Notes under the pieces: model-generated
Told to the model about the DNA's origin: nothing
What the model saw: the letters and a program-made list of their open reading frames with translations, nothing else
Databases searched by the model: none
Translations under genes and position numbers: made by a program
Origin: Squalus acanthias
Lineage: Eukaryota
Direction: 5' to 3'
Assembly (NCBI GenBank): GCA_030390025.1
Contig: CM059432.1
Coordinates: forward strand, 26,538,001-26,602,000
Length of the DNA: 64,000 bases
Shown here: positions 1 through 12,650 of the stretch, piece after piece
How positions within the stretch are numbered: the stretch's first letter is position 1
Layout of the letters: every line of letters begins with the position of its first letter

Positions 1-717
1 CTGTTACTTCATCAAAAAACTCAATCAAGTTAGTTCAACACGATTTGCCTTTAACAAATCCGTGCTGGATTTCCTTAATTAATCCACACTTGTCCAAGTG
101 ACTGTTAATTTTGTCCCGGATTATTGTTTCTAAAAGCTTCCCCACTACCGAGGTTAAACTGACTGGCCTGTAGTTGCTGGTTTATCCTTACACCCTATTA
201 TTGAACAAGAGTGTAACATTTGCAATTCTCCAGTCCTCTGGCACCACCCCCATATCTAAGGAGGAATGGAAGATTATGGTCAGTACCTCCGCAATTTCCA
301 CCTTTACTTCCCTTAGCATCCTAGGATGCATCCCATCCTGGTGACTTATCTACTTTAAGTACAGCCCGCCTTTCTAGTACTTCCTCTTTATCAATTTTAT
401 CATTTTTTTAACTCATCCAGTATCTCAACTACCTCCTCTTTCACTATGACTTGGCAGCATCTTCTTCTTTGGTAAAAACAGATGCAAAGTATTCATTTAG
501 TACCTCAGCCATGCCCTCTGCCTCCATGCGTAGGTCTCCTTTTTGGTCCCTAATTGGTCCCACTCCTCCTTTTACTACCCGTTTACTATTTATGTGCCTA
601 TAGAAGACTTTTGGATTCCCTTTTATGTTAGCTGCCAATCTATTCTCATACTTTCCCCCTCTTATTTCCTTTTTCACTTCCCCTCTGAACTTTCTATATT
701 CAGCCTGGTCATCATTT
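1..717 (-). mobile_element. CR1 (HER1-like) LINE ORF2 fragment, degenerate, runs off the window edge
   Basis: ORF 444..812(-) has KVFYRHINSKR...VGPIRD...LNEYFASVFT. The minus strand continues into the NYRPVSLTSVVGK and KGKSC-TNL motifs of CR1 ORF2. Confidence 0.9.
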
Positions 718-825
718 GCTTGAAAGATTAATTGTTTACAGAGCTTCCAAGCTTTTAAACAGACAATTGCCCTTACCTGTGCTGTCTTTTTCAGAAGAGA
801 AAGATTTTTCAACTGAATTTGGAGC

Positions 826-1529
826 CTTGTTCAAAAAAGGGTGTAAGGATAAACCCAGCAACTACAGGCCAGTCAGTTTAACCTCAGTAGTGGGGAAGCT
901 TTTTGAAATGATAATCAGGGTCAAAATTAACAGTTACTTGGACATGTGTGGATTAATTAAGGAAAGCCAGTACCGATCTGTTAAAGGCAAATCGTGTTTA
1001 ACTAACTTGATCGAGTTTTTTGATGTGGTAACAGAGAGGGTTGATGAGGGCAATGCGGTTGACGAGAATGATTCCAGGGATGAGGGATTTCAGTTATGTG
1101 GATAGACTGGAGAAGCTGGGGTTGTTCTCAGAGCAGAGAAGGTTGAGAGGAGATTTGATAGAGGTGTTCAAAATCATGAGGGGTCTAGACAGAGTAGATA
1201 GAGATAAACTGTTCCCGTTGGCAGAAGGGTCGAGAACCAGAGGACACAGATTTAAGGTGATTGGCAGAAGAACCAAAGGCGACATGAGGAAAAACTTTGT
1301 TACGCCGCGAGTGGTTAGGATCTGGAATACACTGCCTGAAAGGGTGGTGGAGGCAGATTCAATCGTGGCTTTCAAGAGGGAATTGGATAAGTACCTGAAG
1401 GAAAAACAATTGCAGGGCTACGGGGAAAGGGCGGGGCAGGGTGGGACTAGCTGAAGTGCTCTTGTAGAGAGCTGGCATGGGCTCGAAAGGCCGAATGGCC
1501 TCCTGTGCTGTCACCATTCTATGATTCTA
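826..1529 (+). mobile_element. 5'-truncated CR1 LINE with a large internal deletion and a 3' tail
   Basis: NYRPVSLTSVVGK...GNAVD joins directly (~1062) to TRMIPGM...RLRGDLIEVFK...GYGERAG. It ends in the CR1 tail ccattctatgattcta. Confidence 0.9.
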
Positions 1530-1530
1530 A

Positions 1531-2585
1531 GTGAAGAGGGGAGAGGCTTGTGTCATGATTAACATGTACAATGGCCAATCAAAGTGAACCTAATAATTCA
1601 AATTCAGGTTTAACCCACTCATAATATTTGGCTTTCCACTAAGAAAAGGAAATACATTTTCAATAAATAATCTTTGTTTTGCTTTCTAAATGTCAAGAGA
1701 AGAAACAACAGGATCAAAAACAGAAAAGTCTGGGGACAGTCTGGGACACTCACCAGGTCAGGTAAGGGGGGAGACACCCTAAACACCAACCCATTTGCGC
1801 CCCCCCCCTCCCCCCACCCCCGATCCCTGGAAACACTGGCACAACCATCCTACATTGCCTGCACCTACTGCCACAGAAGGAATAGCAGCTATAGTTAAGG
1901 TCAATATAATGGCTACAGGAACTGGGTGTGACAAACAGGAAGTGCGTGTTAGAATCAAGACGCTCAACAATAGATAAATGTACATCTCCTGTTCGGAGAC
2001 GGGGTAAGAAAGGGTTAAAATGTAGCTCCAGCACGCAGTGTGACACAGTGACCACAGGCAGGTTCTCTCTCTATATCAAACCACTTGAGATAAACACCTG
2101 CATCTTTATCAAAGCATGGACCATGAGAGAGAACACTGCTAGACACTAGTACTTGAGACTTAATTAAAATGGTGATCTCAGGAATGAGATAAGGAAGCTG
2201 AGAAAATTGAAAACAAAAATGATCGACTGATTCAGTCATCATCATCTCTGTCTCTCAATAGTATAACTTTACCCATTGTAGATATATCTATATATATCTC
2301 TATATATCTATGTATTATATAATCATTTAGAGAGGTAGTTGGTGTCTTATTACGACATTTAGATTCGTGATTTGTAGTTGAGAAAGCTATATAAGAGAAT
2401 AAGTAACAGGAATTTGTATATTTCGTAGGCCATGTTTCCCTGAATCATGTTTGTTTGATTTGTAAATATTTTATCTTATTTGGAGGATTAAACTTTGAAT
2501 AAGCAAAACTAGGCTTGTGAGTATATTATCTTACCATCATTGTATGAACTCAACTAAATATAACTAGCTGGCTAAAACTCCCACA
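1531..2585 (+). mobile_element. Candidate solo LTR
   Basis: ~1.05-kb non-LINE block with weakly inverted ends (gtgaagag...ctcccaca), TATATAA at ~2388 and ATTAAA at ~2487. No clean TSD. Confidence 0.35.
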
Positions 2586-2899
2586 AGTGTTTACCAGCTA
2601 AAATATAACTCATTCATTTCTAGAACCTCAAAACTGTGGAACTCGTTACTTCCCTCAGTCCTCCTTTCCTCTTGCAATCTACAAGTTTTTAAAACCCAAG
2701 TGAGAGACTCTGGGAAGGAAGGAATGATATTAATGCAATGAGTCTTGATTTCAGTGCAGTGAGATTTCTCACCGTATCTGTCAATCCATTCTCTGTAAAA
2801 ATGCATGTAATTTTCTTTGGAACCCATTAAAACTGTTCCCTTCAGTGTCCTTCGCTGGTAACTTATTTCACAACCCTATTACAGCATGCATTTATAGAG

Positions 2900-3635
2900 G
2901 GCTGGCTAAGCTTGCAATGGAGGAAATGATAGAATGTATAGGTAAAGGGAATTCAATGGATGTTGTAACAGACCTGTTACGAAAACTAAGGCAAATTGTA
3001 TAAAATAATGTAGCCCCAGTGATAAAGAGATGGCTAGGGGCAGAAAGCAAAGAGTAGTGGCAAATGGATGTTTTTTGAATTGATGGGATGCGGATAGGTA
3101 GTGGCGTGCCCAGGGATCTGTACTGGGCCTTTTTGTTTTCTACTTATTGAAATGATTTGCTCAATTTAGGCACAATTGTAATGATAATAAAGTTTACCGA
3201 AGATCCCAAATTAGGGGCATGGCAAACTGTGAGGAAGCATGCAGAAGTGTGCAGGGGTACACAGACAGCTTAACAGAGTGGGCAGATAGGTGGCAGAGGC
3301 AGTTTAGTTCAGACAAATGTGAAGTAGTGCATTTTGGGGGGAAAAAATATACCCTAAATGGTAAAATTCTTAACAGAGTGGAGGAATGGAGAGACCTAAG
3401 GGTGCAGATACATTAATCATTAAAGGTGAGCGTGTAGAGAGAAAAGAACATAACAAGGCAAATGGGATTTATCATCTTATGCATTGGGGCTTTGAATATA
3501 GAAGTAAGAAAATGAAGATGAATTTGTGGAAGACTTTGGTAAGGCCACAGTTAGCGTATTAAATGAAGATCTGGGTACTCCATTATAAGAAGCATATAAC
3601 AACTATGAAATAGGTAAAGTGAAGATTAACTGAAA
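2900..3635 (+). mobile_element. Old CR1 ORF2 (RT region) fragment
   Basis: ORF 3219..3416 has EWADRWQ..F..DKCEVVHFG. A degenerate GVPRGSVLG-like segment lies upstream. Confidence 0.8.
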
Positions 3636-3637
3636 TG

Positions 3638-4365
3638 AACATAGGAAACGGGAACAGAAGTAGGCCATTCAGCCCCTCGAGCCTGTTCTGCCATTCTGTT
3701 AGATCATAGCTGATCTGTACTAGAACTCCATTTATCCACTTTTGATCCATATCCCTTGATGCCCTTACCTAATAAAGATCTATCGATCTCAGTCTTGAAA
3801 ATTTCAATTGACCCAGCATCCACAGCCTTTTGAGGGAGAGAGTTCCACATTTTCACTAGCCTTTGTGCAGAAAAATGCTTCCTGATTTCACTCCTGAATG
3901 GCACAGCTCTAATTTTAAGATTGTGCCCTCTTTTTCTGGATTTCCTCATCTGAGGAAATAGCTTCTCTGTATCTAGTCTTTTGAATCTTTTTATCATTTT
4001 AAACACCTCAATTAGATCACCCCCAAGCTTCTGAACTCAAAGAAATACAAACCAAGTTTATGCAAACTGTCCTCATAATTTAATGTTTAAGCCCCGGTAA
4101 CATTTTGGTAAATCTGTGCTGTACCCCCTTCAAGGCCAGTATATCCTTCCTGAGGTGCGGTGCCTCAAACTGAACGCAGTACTCCAGATGGGATCTGACT
4201 AAGGCGCTGTACAACTGAAGCATAACTTCCTCCCCTTTGTATTCCAACCCTCTTGCGATAAAAGCCAACATTCTATTAGCCTTTTTGATTACTTTGTTGT
4301 ACCTGTCCACGAGCTTTCAGTGATTTGTGTACAGGGACACCTAAATCCCTTTGCTCCTCCACAGT
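3638..4365 (-). mobile_element. CR1 (HER1-like) 3' fragment
   Basis: ORFs 3704..4006 and 4080..4310 encode the CR1 ORF2 C-terminus (KKANRMLAFI, HLEYCVQF, WNSLPQ). The CR1 3' UTR is at 3640-3715. Confidence 0.9.
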
Positions 4366-4379
4366 TTCTAAATGGTACA

Positions 4380-4808
4380 TGGAACGAGAGATTACTGCTA
4401 TGAAGGAAAACTGAAAAATAAATTGGGCTTTTTTGTTGGAATGGAGAAAGTTGGGGGAGAATCTAATAGTGATTTCAAATGGTAAATAGGGAAATATCAC
4501 TTCCACAGGTTGGAGAATTGGTAACAAGGGGGTATAAACTCAGAATTATCAGGAGAAAAACAAAGAGGAAATTAGAAATGTTTCACACAAGGATCATTAG
4601 AACATGGAATGTTTTACCACAGGTAGCTACTGAGATAGAGATAGTAACATCATTTAAAAAAGAATTACATCAGTATTTGAAATGAAAGAGTACAAAAGGA
4701 TAGGGGGAACAACCAGGGAAATGGGATTAGAGTAGATAGCTCCCATATGAAGAGCCAGCACCAGTACAGGGACCTTCTTCTGTGCTGTAATTTCTATAAT
4801 TCTATGAT
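4380..4808 (+). mobile_element. Old CR1 3' end
   Basis: ORF 4479..4685 has TRGYKL...WNVLP...FKKEL. Tail is ttctataattctatgatt. Confidence 0.75.
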
Positions 4809-4898
4809 TTCCCTATGAATGAAAATATTCTGCCTGGCTCTCCTTCTTACTCCAAATGTTCTCATTTTTAGCTGAACACCCCTATTATTTAAAATAAC

Positions 4899-4976
4899 AA
4901 CAGAAAATGCTGGAAACACTTAGGTCAGGCAGCATCGTGGAGAGAGAAACAGAGTTAACATTTCAGGTCGATGACA
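4899..4976 (-). mobile_element. Penelope-type pLTR fragment (hammerhead family B, partial)
   Basis: Reverse complement of the 55067-55147 sequence (gtcatcgacctgaaatgttaactctgtttctctctccac...). Confidence 0.7.
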
Positions 4977-5184
4977 GGCCTGTTATTTAAATTCACTATA
5001 ATCAGCAATTTACCTGAGGATCAACTTTGCCAATCTCCTCCATAATTTAGCAAACTTCAATTAGACCATCTCAAAGAAAAACAGCTTTTCCACCACACGT
5101 CCAACAAAATTCCTAACTAAAGTCTCTTCCTATCACTTGGTTTACACAATCTTCTCACCTGCTCTTTCCATCCTGAGTATTGTA

Positions 5185-5420
5185 TCAGCTCAGTGAAAGG
5201 ATTCTCGCTTCTGAGTCAGAACATTGTGGGTTCAACATAATCCAGGCTGACATTTCAGTGCAGTACTGAGGGGGTGCTGCACTTTTGCAGGTGCCATCTT
5301 TCGATCAAATGTTAAACCGAGGTCCCATCTGCTTTCTCAGGTGGATGTTAAAGATCTCATGACACTATTCAAAGAGAGTTCTCCCCAGTGGCCAATATTT
5401 ATCCCTCAACCAACATTAAT
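5185..5420 (+). mobile_element. SacSINE1/DeuSINE-type tRNA SINE, 5' part (tail at ~7730-7805)
   Basis: Head ctctgagtcaga..gtgggttcaa, body cagtgcagtactgagg...tcaggtggatgttaaagatc. The 3' tail ggcgctatttaaatgcaag resumes after a CR1 insert. Confidence 0.8.
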
Positions 5421-6094
5421 AATCGTGAGAGACTTTAATCTTCATATAGATTGGACAAATCGGCAAAAATTGGCAAAAATATTTTGGAGGACGTTTTCCT
5501 AGAACATTAAGTCATGGAATCAACCAGTGAAGAGGCTATTTTAGATCTAGTCTTGTGTGATGAGACAGGATTAGTAATCTTCTGGGGAAGAATGATCATA
5601 ATTTGATAGAATTTCACATTGAGTTCAAGAGTGACATACTTAAATCTGAAAATAGAGTATTAAACACAAATAAAGTCAATTACATAGGTATGAGGGGCGA
5701 GTTGTCTAAGGTAGATTGGGAAATTAAATTAAAAGGTATGATGGGAGATAAGCAATGGCAAGCATTAAAAAAATATTTCGTATTCTCAACAAATATGCAT
5801 TCTATTGAAAAATAAAAACTCCATGGAAAAAGTGATCAATCTGTGGCTAACTAAAGAAGTTAAGGATAGTATTTGATTAAAGGAAGAGGTTTATAATGTT
5901 GCCAAGAAGAGCAGTAGGCCTAAGGATTGGGAAAGGTTTAGAAACCAGCAAAGGATGACCAAAACATTGATAAAGAGGGAGAAAATAGAATATGAGAGTA
6001 AACTAGCAAGAAATATCAAAACAGATTGTAAGAGCTTCTACAAGTATGTAAAAAGGAAGAGAGTAGTGAAAGTAAATGTGGGTCCCTTAGAGGC
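5420..6094 (+). mobile_element. CR1 ORF2 fragment (endonuclease end and linker); continues at 7536-7710
   Basis: Degenerate DFNLHIDW, ILDLVLC, SFYKYVKRKR..VNVGPL motifs, homologous to 32090-32790. Confidence 0.85.
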
Positions 6095-7535
6095 TTAGCT
6101 ACTGTGCAACGCTGTCCTGGTGGCGTTGCCAGAGGTATCCGAGGCGATGTTTGTGTGCAGGTGCGGCAATGCAACTTCCTACAGCCTCTGGAAGCAAGGC
6201 TGTGGAGCTCGCAAGGAATTGTGGGCAATAAAGAGGTCTGAGAATTAAAGGGGCTATGCACACTGAAGCAATACAAATTAAAATGAAGCGAAACAATGCA
6301 GTTTTCAGCCCTTTCTGCCTTTAAAAAATATTTAACATTAAAAAGTCCCAAATTTGAATATTCAGCTCTTAAAGCTGAATTCCCTTCGTAACCTCAAAAG
6401 ATGGGAAGAATGCCTCAGCACTAACACAAATGGCTCAGCAAACCAGGGAAGGGGCACCCAGGGTCTCGCACGCAGCACTCCAGCTTTTGAGCAGGGGGTC
6501 AACACTGCAAGACAGGCCCTCTACCCACAGGGACCTGGAGGCCCTCCAGAAAGAATGATGTGGGACCATATCACCGAGGCCGTCACTGCCAGCAGTGTCA
6601 CCCCCACCACCTGGCTCCAGTGCCCAAAGAAGCTTCATGACCTCAGACCACTGGTCAAGGTCAGTGAATGCATCTTCAAAAGCCGTCTCCTACCATCTGC
6701 ATCACTAGCCTCACACATTGCTCAATACAGGACTAATGTTGAAAGGTGAATTGGGGTTGTGGTCACTTGGACCACAGGCGATGATTCAATCCCACATATC
6801 CTGGCCAGAAAGGAGCTGCCTGAGATGCATCCTTCCATCTGCTTCCTCCACTCCTGCTTCCTCCTCTTCTGTTTCCTCCTCTTCTGTTTCCTCCTCTTCG
6901 GCTTCTTCCTCTTTGGCTTCTTCCTCTTCTTCAGTGTCTTCCCCTTCCCTCTGTGAGTGGATGCTGTCAATCTGAAATGACAGCCTAAAATGCTGGAAAT
7001 ACTCAGCTGGTCAGGCAGCATCTTGACCTGAGACGTGAACTCTGTATTTGCCTCTCCACGGACGTTGCCTCACCTGCTGAGTATTTGCAGCATTTTCTGC
7101 CTCCTCAAAGGCCTTCATTTACCATCCGAACCCTAGCAAGCGTCCAGTGGCACGCCCTGCACACTTAAAAAACTTTTTTAACATCTATTTCAGCAAGCCA
7201 CTACTTCAGTAAAATAAAATAAAACTCCAAAAGCTTAAATACAAACTTACCTGAAAGATGTGTGTGTCCCTTTAAGGTGTAGTGACGTCGCCGAATTCAG
7301 CGCTAGGGTCGAAGTTCGCATTGATGACGTTAAGTCGGTGTTGCACGCCAATTGACGTCACCACACTGCCCATTTTTTCTAGCCTGGCGCTGCCAGTTAC
7401 CAGCAACACAAAGGTAAGCATGAAAACGACGGCCGCCGTGGGACCCGTCACCAGCTGGTGAAAGAGCGGTGGCCGGCGTTTTAACGCCATTTAATGGCGC
7501 TACGGAGAGGCCCTGAGGGGAGAAATTTCTAGCCC
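6095..7535. mobile_element. PIF/Harbinger relic: Myb/SANT gene (+, 6430-6659) and acidic transposase C-terminal remnant (-, ~6745-6955); one TIR left
   Basis: MAQQTREGAPR...LYPQG...WDHITEAV...TWLQCPKKLHDL..LVK followed by donor gtcagt, homologous to 36785-37018. Glu-rich tract on the opposite strand. TIR-like aaatttctagccc at 7523-7535. Confidence 0.75.
6960..7100. mobile_element. Penelope-type pLTR fragment in inverted arrangement (family B)
   Basis: aaaatgctggaaatactcagctggtcaggcagcatc followed by an inverted partner ending cctgctgagtatttgcagcattttctg. Confidence 0.7.
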
Positions 7536-8259
7536 ACTAGATTGATTCCTGGGATGGGAGGGTTGTCCTATGAGGAGAGATTGAGTAGATTGGGCCTATA
7601 CTGTCTGGAGTTTAGAAGAATGAGAGGTGATCTCAGTGAAACATTGAAACATATAAGATTCTGAGAGAGCTTGACAGGATAGATGCTGAGAGGCTGTTTC
7701 CCCAGCTGAGGATTTTCAAAAGGCAAAAATAGTACTTCATTGGCTGTAAAGCACTTTACGACAAGGTTATGAAAAGGCGCTATTTAAATGCAAGTTCTTT
7801 CCTTTTTCTCTCTAGTATTGTCCTGCGCTATGAACCTTGGCCTTTCACACAGATTTATCAATAAAAACAATATTTAAGTGCAGCAGGAAGTTTGTGAATG
7901 ATAATGTAGATTATTATTTTTAGTAAAGTTTGTGTGGATATTCATCCATTTTACATACTCAATGCAATATAGAATTGGTGTACATTAAAGTGAATAAATA
8001 CATTTATGAACAGTTGTATAAATTCATAAAATATTAAGCTAATTTCAATCATGCTGTTTATGCTGCTCAATATGAATTCCTCAGCAACAGCATGGCAAAA
8101 AACTTTCAAAGACTCCAAGAAGACTGAGTGCTTGAGGGAGTATTACAGAAGAGAGAAAAGCTACACCAGCCACCCCTGTCAAACCACGGGCCATGAAAGA
8201 AGCAACTTTTTCTTTCCTTATTCTTGTGAATGTTATAATCATCGAGCCATAAAGTTTTA

Positions 8260-8930
8260 GGGGGTGAAATTCGGTTATGCCCCATTTGGGGGCGGTAACC
8301 GAATTATCGCCGGAGATTTATCGCCTGGCGCAGAAGTACAGCCCCGGCCACTAAATTAAGCTTACCACCCCGGTAAGGAAGCAGAGCGCTATCTCGGGCG
8401 CTCCACTTCCTCTCGGGGCGGTGTCGGCGGCGCAAACCACGGTAGCGCTGACACGTTTCAGCGCCCCTCCCCTTCCGTTAAAGGGGAGAGACGCTGCGAG
8501 CTCTGCAAGGCCTCCGATGGCTCACACTAGCCCACCAGGGCGACGCGGTGCCGGGCTGTGCGATGGTGTCCACGGACCACACCAATGGCAGCCACAGAGG
8601 GCCGACCTGGAGGTCGGCCAAAAAAAATTAAATGGCGGTGCGGGTTGCGACCCGCGAGGCTAGCGCTGACACCGCCCGCGGCAACCTCACGGGGCGCAGC
8701 CGAATTTCTGCCGTGGGGCGCTAAGGGGTCACGGCGCATGATGATGACGTCATCGCCGGCGGCGCAGCGGCCCGGGGCGCTACTGGCGGGGGAGCGGCGC
8801 TATCGGCTAGCTTCTCAGTAGCACCCTGCCGAATTTCTTGGTGGGCGCTATCCCCGCCCGGGCAATAAACCCTTTGTGCTCCGTTAGCGCCCCCCGGAGG
8901 CACTAACAGCGGGCGCAAAGGAGCCAAATT
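8260..8930. mobile_element. GC/CpG-rich Harbinger-type MITE
   Basis: Starts TTA|gggggtgaaattcgg, a terminus like that at 37319. The right end ccaaatt appears truncated. Internal repeated ccgaatttc motifs. Confidence 0.65.
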
Positions 8931-9844
8931 AGTATAAAAGGATAAAAGGAGGCCATTCAGCCCATCGTATCTGCTCTGACCTCACAGAGTACACAGACAC
9001 AGGGAATTTGGTTGATGTTGAATATATGGATTTTCATAAGGTATTTGAAAAGACTTGTAACAGAAATTAAGATAAATGATATTAAAGAAAATGCAGTCCC
9101 AATGTTAGAGAGATGGCTAAGGGCCAGAAAGCGTGAGCAGGAGTAAATTGATTTTTTTTTATATTGGTAAGATATGGATACCGGTGGAGCCATTCAAAGA
9201 TAATCTTGTTGCCCTCTCCCCAGAGCCCTGTATTTTTCTCTGTTGCAAATATTTATCCAATTTCTCCCTTAAGAGATACAATGGTCTCTGCCTCAACCAT
9301 TCCCTGCGGCAAAGCATCCCATCAAGGTGAAGGGAGTTAGGGTTTGGAAATACGAGTTTTTAGAAACATGACCAGGTCAATTATCATAATAAGTCTTTAG
9401 CGTTTTGATAAAGCTGTAGTGCTTGAGTTTTAAAAGCTTGTAGATGGTAGGAAGAAAAGACCGAAGGAGGTGAGGAGTCCCACAGTTTTGAACACATTAT
9501 TAACTATTGTTCTACTAATATCACCAACATTAATTTCTGGGCTTCTAGGTGTGTAAAGAGATGACAGTACCTCCTATTGTCAGTTGGATAAGTGTTTGAG
9601 ATGATGTGTTAAGCAATGTAACTAATTTTTCTGTGATTAGTGCCAGGGAACCATTTATTTCTCAGGTACTAACCACAGATAATAGAGGCATAACACTTTG
9701 AAGCTGGGTCTCTGTCCCCTTTATGTTGTCCCGGCATCTCCAGGGGTACCCTGAGTGGGGTGGCAGTCTACCTACATCTGCTATAAGCACAGGTCTGGAG
9801 GAAAGGGACATTCCTGGTCTTCTCACTTAAATTTTCTTTTCCTT

Positions 9845-10000
9845 TACCCTAACCCTAATGCTGACCTGAACCCTCAGCCTAAATCCAAGATGCTAACCCA
9901 GAGCCCTAACCTTAACCCTAAACCTAAACCTAATCTCAATGTGGCCAACCTCACCCCTAACACTTAAAAAACCTTGGCCCTTGTGCACCTAACCCTAACA
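9845..10000 (+). repeat. Degenerate interstitial telomere-like (CCCTAA)n tract
   Basis: accctaaccctaa, ccctaaccttaaccctaaacctaaacctaa, cacctaaccctaa. Confidence 0.6.
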
Positions 10001-10199
10001 TGGTGACCCGTAATCTTGTGCAGTTTAAGACCAACCCCACTTCCCTTAAATCGAAATGAGATGGAATAACCAGTACCTCTCCCCTCTCACTCTCCTAATC
10101 TCAGTCAGTGTAAGTGTGGGAGAGGCTGTGTTATAAACAGTATCTCTATCCTCTTACTCCACTGTTGTAGAGAGCTAGGGAGGAGAGAGCGGGTAGAGA

Positions 10200-10700
10200 T
10201 TTTATATCGCTCTCATGTGCCAAAGAATGTCTCAAGGAGGAAAAGCAGCAGTGGTCGAAAGCAAAAACAGCAAAGTTTTGCGGGGGGCGATTGCCCAGTC
10301 AAGCAGATGGATTTTGAGGAGGAATGGCAAGGTGGAAGGATCCATGGAAGGAATTCCAGAGGACAGGGGCTGAGACACTGACCATTAACAATGGAAATAA
10401 GAAGTAGGGACCAAGCAGTAACTCGGACTCAGAGGAGTGCAGGGTGTCTGCAGGGATGTATGGATGAAGGAGGTTATCAAGGGATGGTATGCAGATCCTG
10501 ATACAATTTACCAGGGCAAGGCTGGAACGGACTGGGGTGAAGGTCATACGGGAGAATGAGGGCCATGGCAGGTAGGAGAGCACTACAGAAGATAAGCCTT
10601 GAGATGATAAAGGTATGCATCAGGGTTCAGGAGCAGTAATGGAGAAGTAGTGCTGGAATGTTGTAGAGGGCTAACAATGTGGTGTTAATCAGGGACTGTA
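10200..10700 (-). mobile_element. Old L2 LINE 3' fragment
   Basis: ORF 10299..10583 has LHPYIP..TLHSS...APVLWNS, resembling the L2 3' region also seen at 25005-25440. Confidence 0.6.
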
Positions 10701-10749
10701 TTATAATCTTGTAATTTGCCATTCAGGTATTAAATCTGTTAAACTCATA

Positions 10750-10894
10750 TGGGGTAATTTTGATTTTGTACGAAAGTGTAAAATGGCTAATAGCAAATCA
10801 GCATTCCTTGAATGGGAATAAAAATCGGGAGAAATGTACAATGGGCTGCCGATTCTCTCGTCTTGCACCATCTTACAAAATCAAAATTACCCCC
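10750..10894. mobile_element. 145-bp palindromic MITE
   Basis: 20-bp perfect TIR ggggtaattttgattttgta / tacaaaatcaaaattacccc, flanked by ATA. Confidence 0.8.
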
Positions 10895-11339
10895 CATAGT
10901 GTGTGAAAAATATGGTGGGAAAAAACACCTAAGGGCCAAAATCCAACATTCAGATGAAAGCCCTGGTCAATATTTTCCATTGCTTTTGATCAGTAGCTAC
11001 TCTTGACTTACATCAGCACCTTCATCAAAGCTGTTGTATCAAAGATGGGTTAAAGGTCACTATATTGATTATCTTATTTTAATATGCCCACTTTAATTCC
11101 TGATGGAATTGATTGGCACGGTAGGAGGGAGAAGTCAGCTCACTGGCTGCTTTGTTCAAATCCTGGCGCAGAGCCTTGTTGGTGCTGTGTGAGATTTCCT
11201 ATAGACAGGCAGATCAGCAATACAGAAAAGACATGGCGTCTGCAAACACCTTTCAAGGTCGTAACGCACACCAGGCTTCCGGATTATATCACAAACTGCG
11301 AGAGTGGTTCACAGCTTCAAATCTATCCTAAGCAGTGGC

Positions 11340-11532
11340 TCGCTTGATGGCTCATTCATAAAGTCAGTGAGTAACTAGCCATGCAGAGCAGATGGTTTCT
11401 GGTTTGCTTCCTAGTCTGTGCTGAGTTAGCTAAACCGAGTCAGGGTGGTAGACAGAGTGCTGCAATTAGACCGCATGATCCTGGGCTAGTGAGGGGAAAA
11501 ATCAGGCAGAGTTACTGTCCTTGATGCTGGTT
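11340..11532 (+). mobile_element. LF-SINE-like element, 5' part (continues at ~12650-12810)
   Basis: gtctgtgctgagttagct...caatt...ctgggctag.gaggggaaaaatcag. Related copies lie at ~23120-23450, 27715-27990, 46340-46460 and 49560-49860. Confidence 0.65.
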
Positions 11533-11534
11533 AG

Positions 11535-12650
11535 TGTCAGCCTTGGCTCAGTAGTAGCATTCTTGGGCCTGAATTTGCAGTCGGATGCTTCCCGCGGGCG
11601 GATGCCTCCGACCGGCAAAAAATCTATGAACTTACCTTTTGCCTCAGAATCCATGGAGACTCGCGCTCCTGGGCCTCTATGCGTAGACATGCGTGGAGGC
11701 CCACATATCTCAGGGGCGCAGGCAGTTCGCAAGTGCCCTTGGGATCACGTGGGCCAGCCCAACGAATGACAGAAGGGAATCCCCATTCATGCTTATGGGA
11801 ATTCCGAATGGGAATACCCCAAAAAATACCTCTACACTTTAAATACATTTTTAAAAATCACGTATTTAAAATTAATTAAAATGGCATTTAATTAAATATT
11901 TAAAACAAAAATTTAATTTTTGAAAAATAAATTTACATGTTTTAAAGGGGCTAAAAATAAACTTACCTTATTTCACAGGTTTTTAAATGTATAAATTATT
12001 GAAAAAAATTTATTTTTCTGTTTGTTAAAACTCTTACGCTGGTAAAAGTAGGCCTTACACCTGCTTTTACCAAGTGTAAGAATTTCATAGGCATTCGCTG
12101 GGCAGACGTTGGACAAATACCCAACTCTCCGCCCGCGAATGCCCTTTTCCCGGGGATGCGGAGGATCTGTCAAGAAAATTCTTGACAGATCGCAAGTTCT
12201 GGGTTTTTGCGCATGCGCGGCGCATGCCTAAACACGGAACTTGCGCGGCCCTTACGGGCGTGTGCACACCTCGTACGCACCCGTAGGGGCCGCAAATTAC
12301 GGCCCCCTGAGTCAAAAGTTTGTGCGTTCAAGTCCCACTCCAGAGACTTAAGTGCATAATCCAGGCTGACACTTCAGTGCAGTACTGAGGGGGTGCTGCA
12401 CTGTTGGAGGTGCTGTCTTTCGGATGAGACGTTAAACCAATGCCCCATCTGCCCCCAGTATTTATCCCTCAATCAGCATTATTAAAAAACGACGATATGG
12501 TCATTTATCACAATTTGGCTGCCATGTTTCCTACATTACAACAGTGACTACACTTCAAAAAAAGTACTTCATTGACTGTAAAACACTTTGGAACATCCTG
12601 AGGTCGTGAAAGGCGCTATATAAATGCAAGTTCTTTCTTTTTTTTCTTTC
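11535..12650 (+). mobile_element. SacSINE1/DeuSINE-type SINE split by a MITE
   Basis: Head gtcagccttggctcagtagtagca. It resumes at ~12306 ctgagtc..gttcaagtcccactcc and ends aaggcgctatataaatgcaagttctttc. Confidence 0.85.
11565..12305 (-). mobile_element. ~740-bp Harbinger-type MITE (family M), copy 1
   Basis: TIR gggcctgaatttgc / gcaaattacggccc, GC-rich arms and an AT-rich core. Homologous to 43922-45834 and 50038-50781. Confidence 0.85.
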
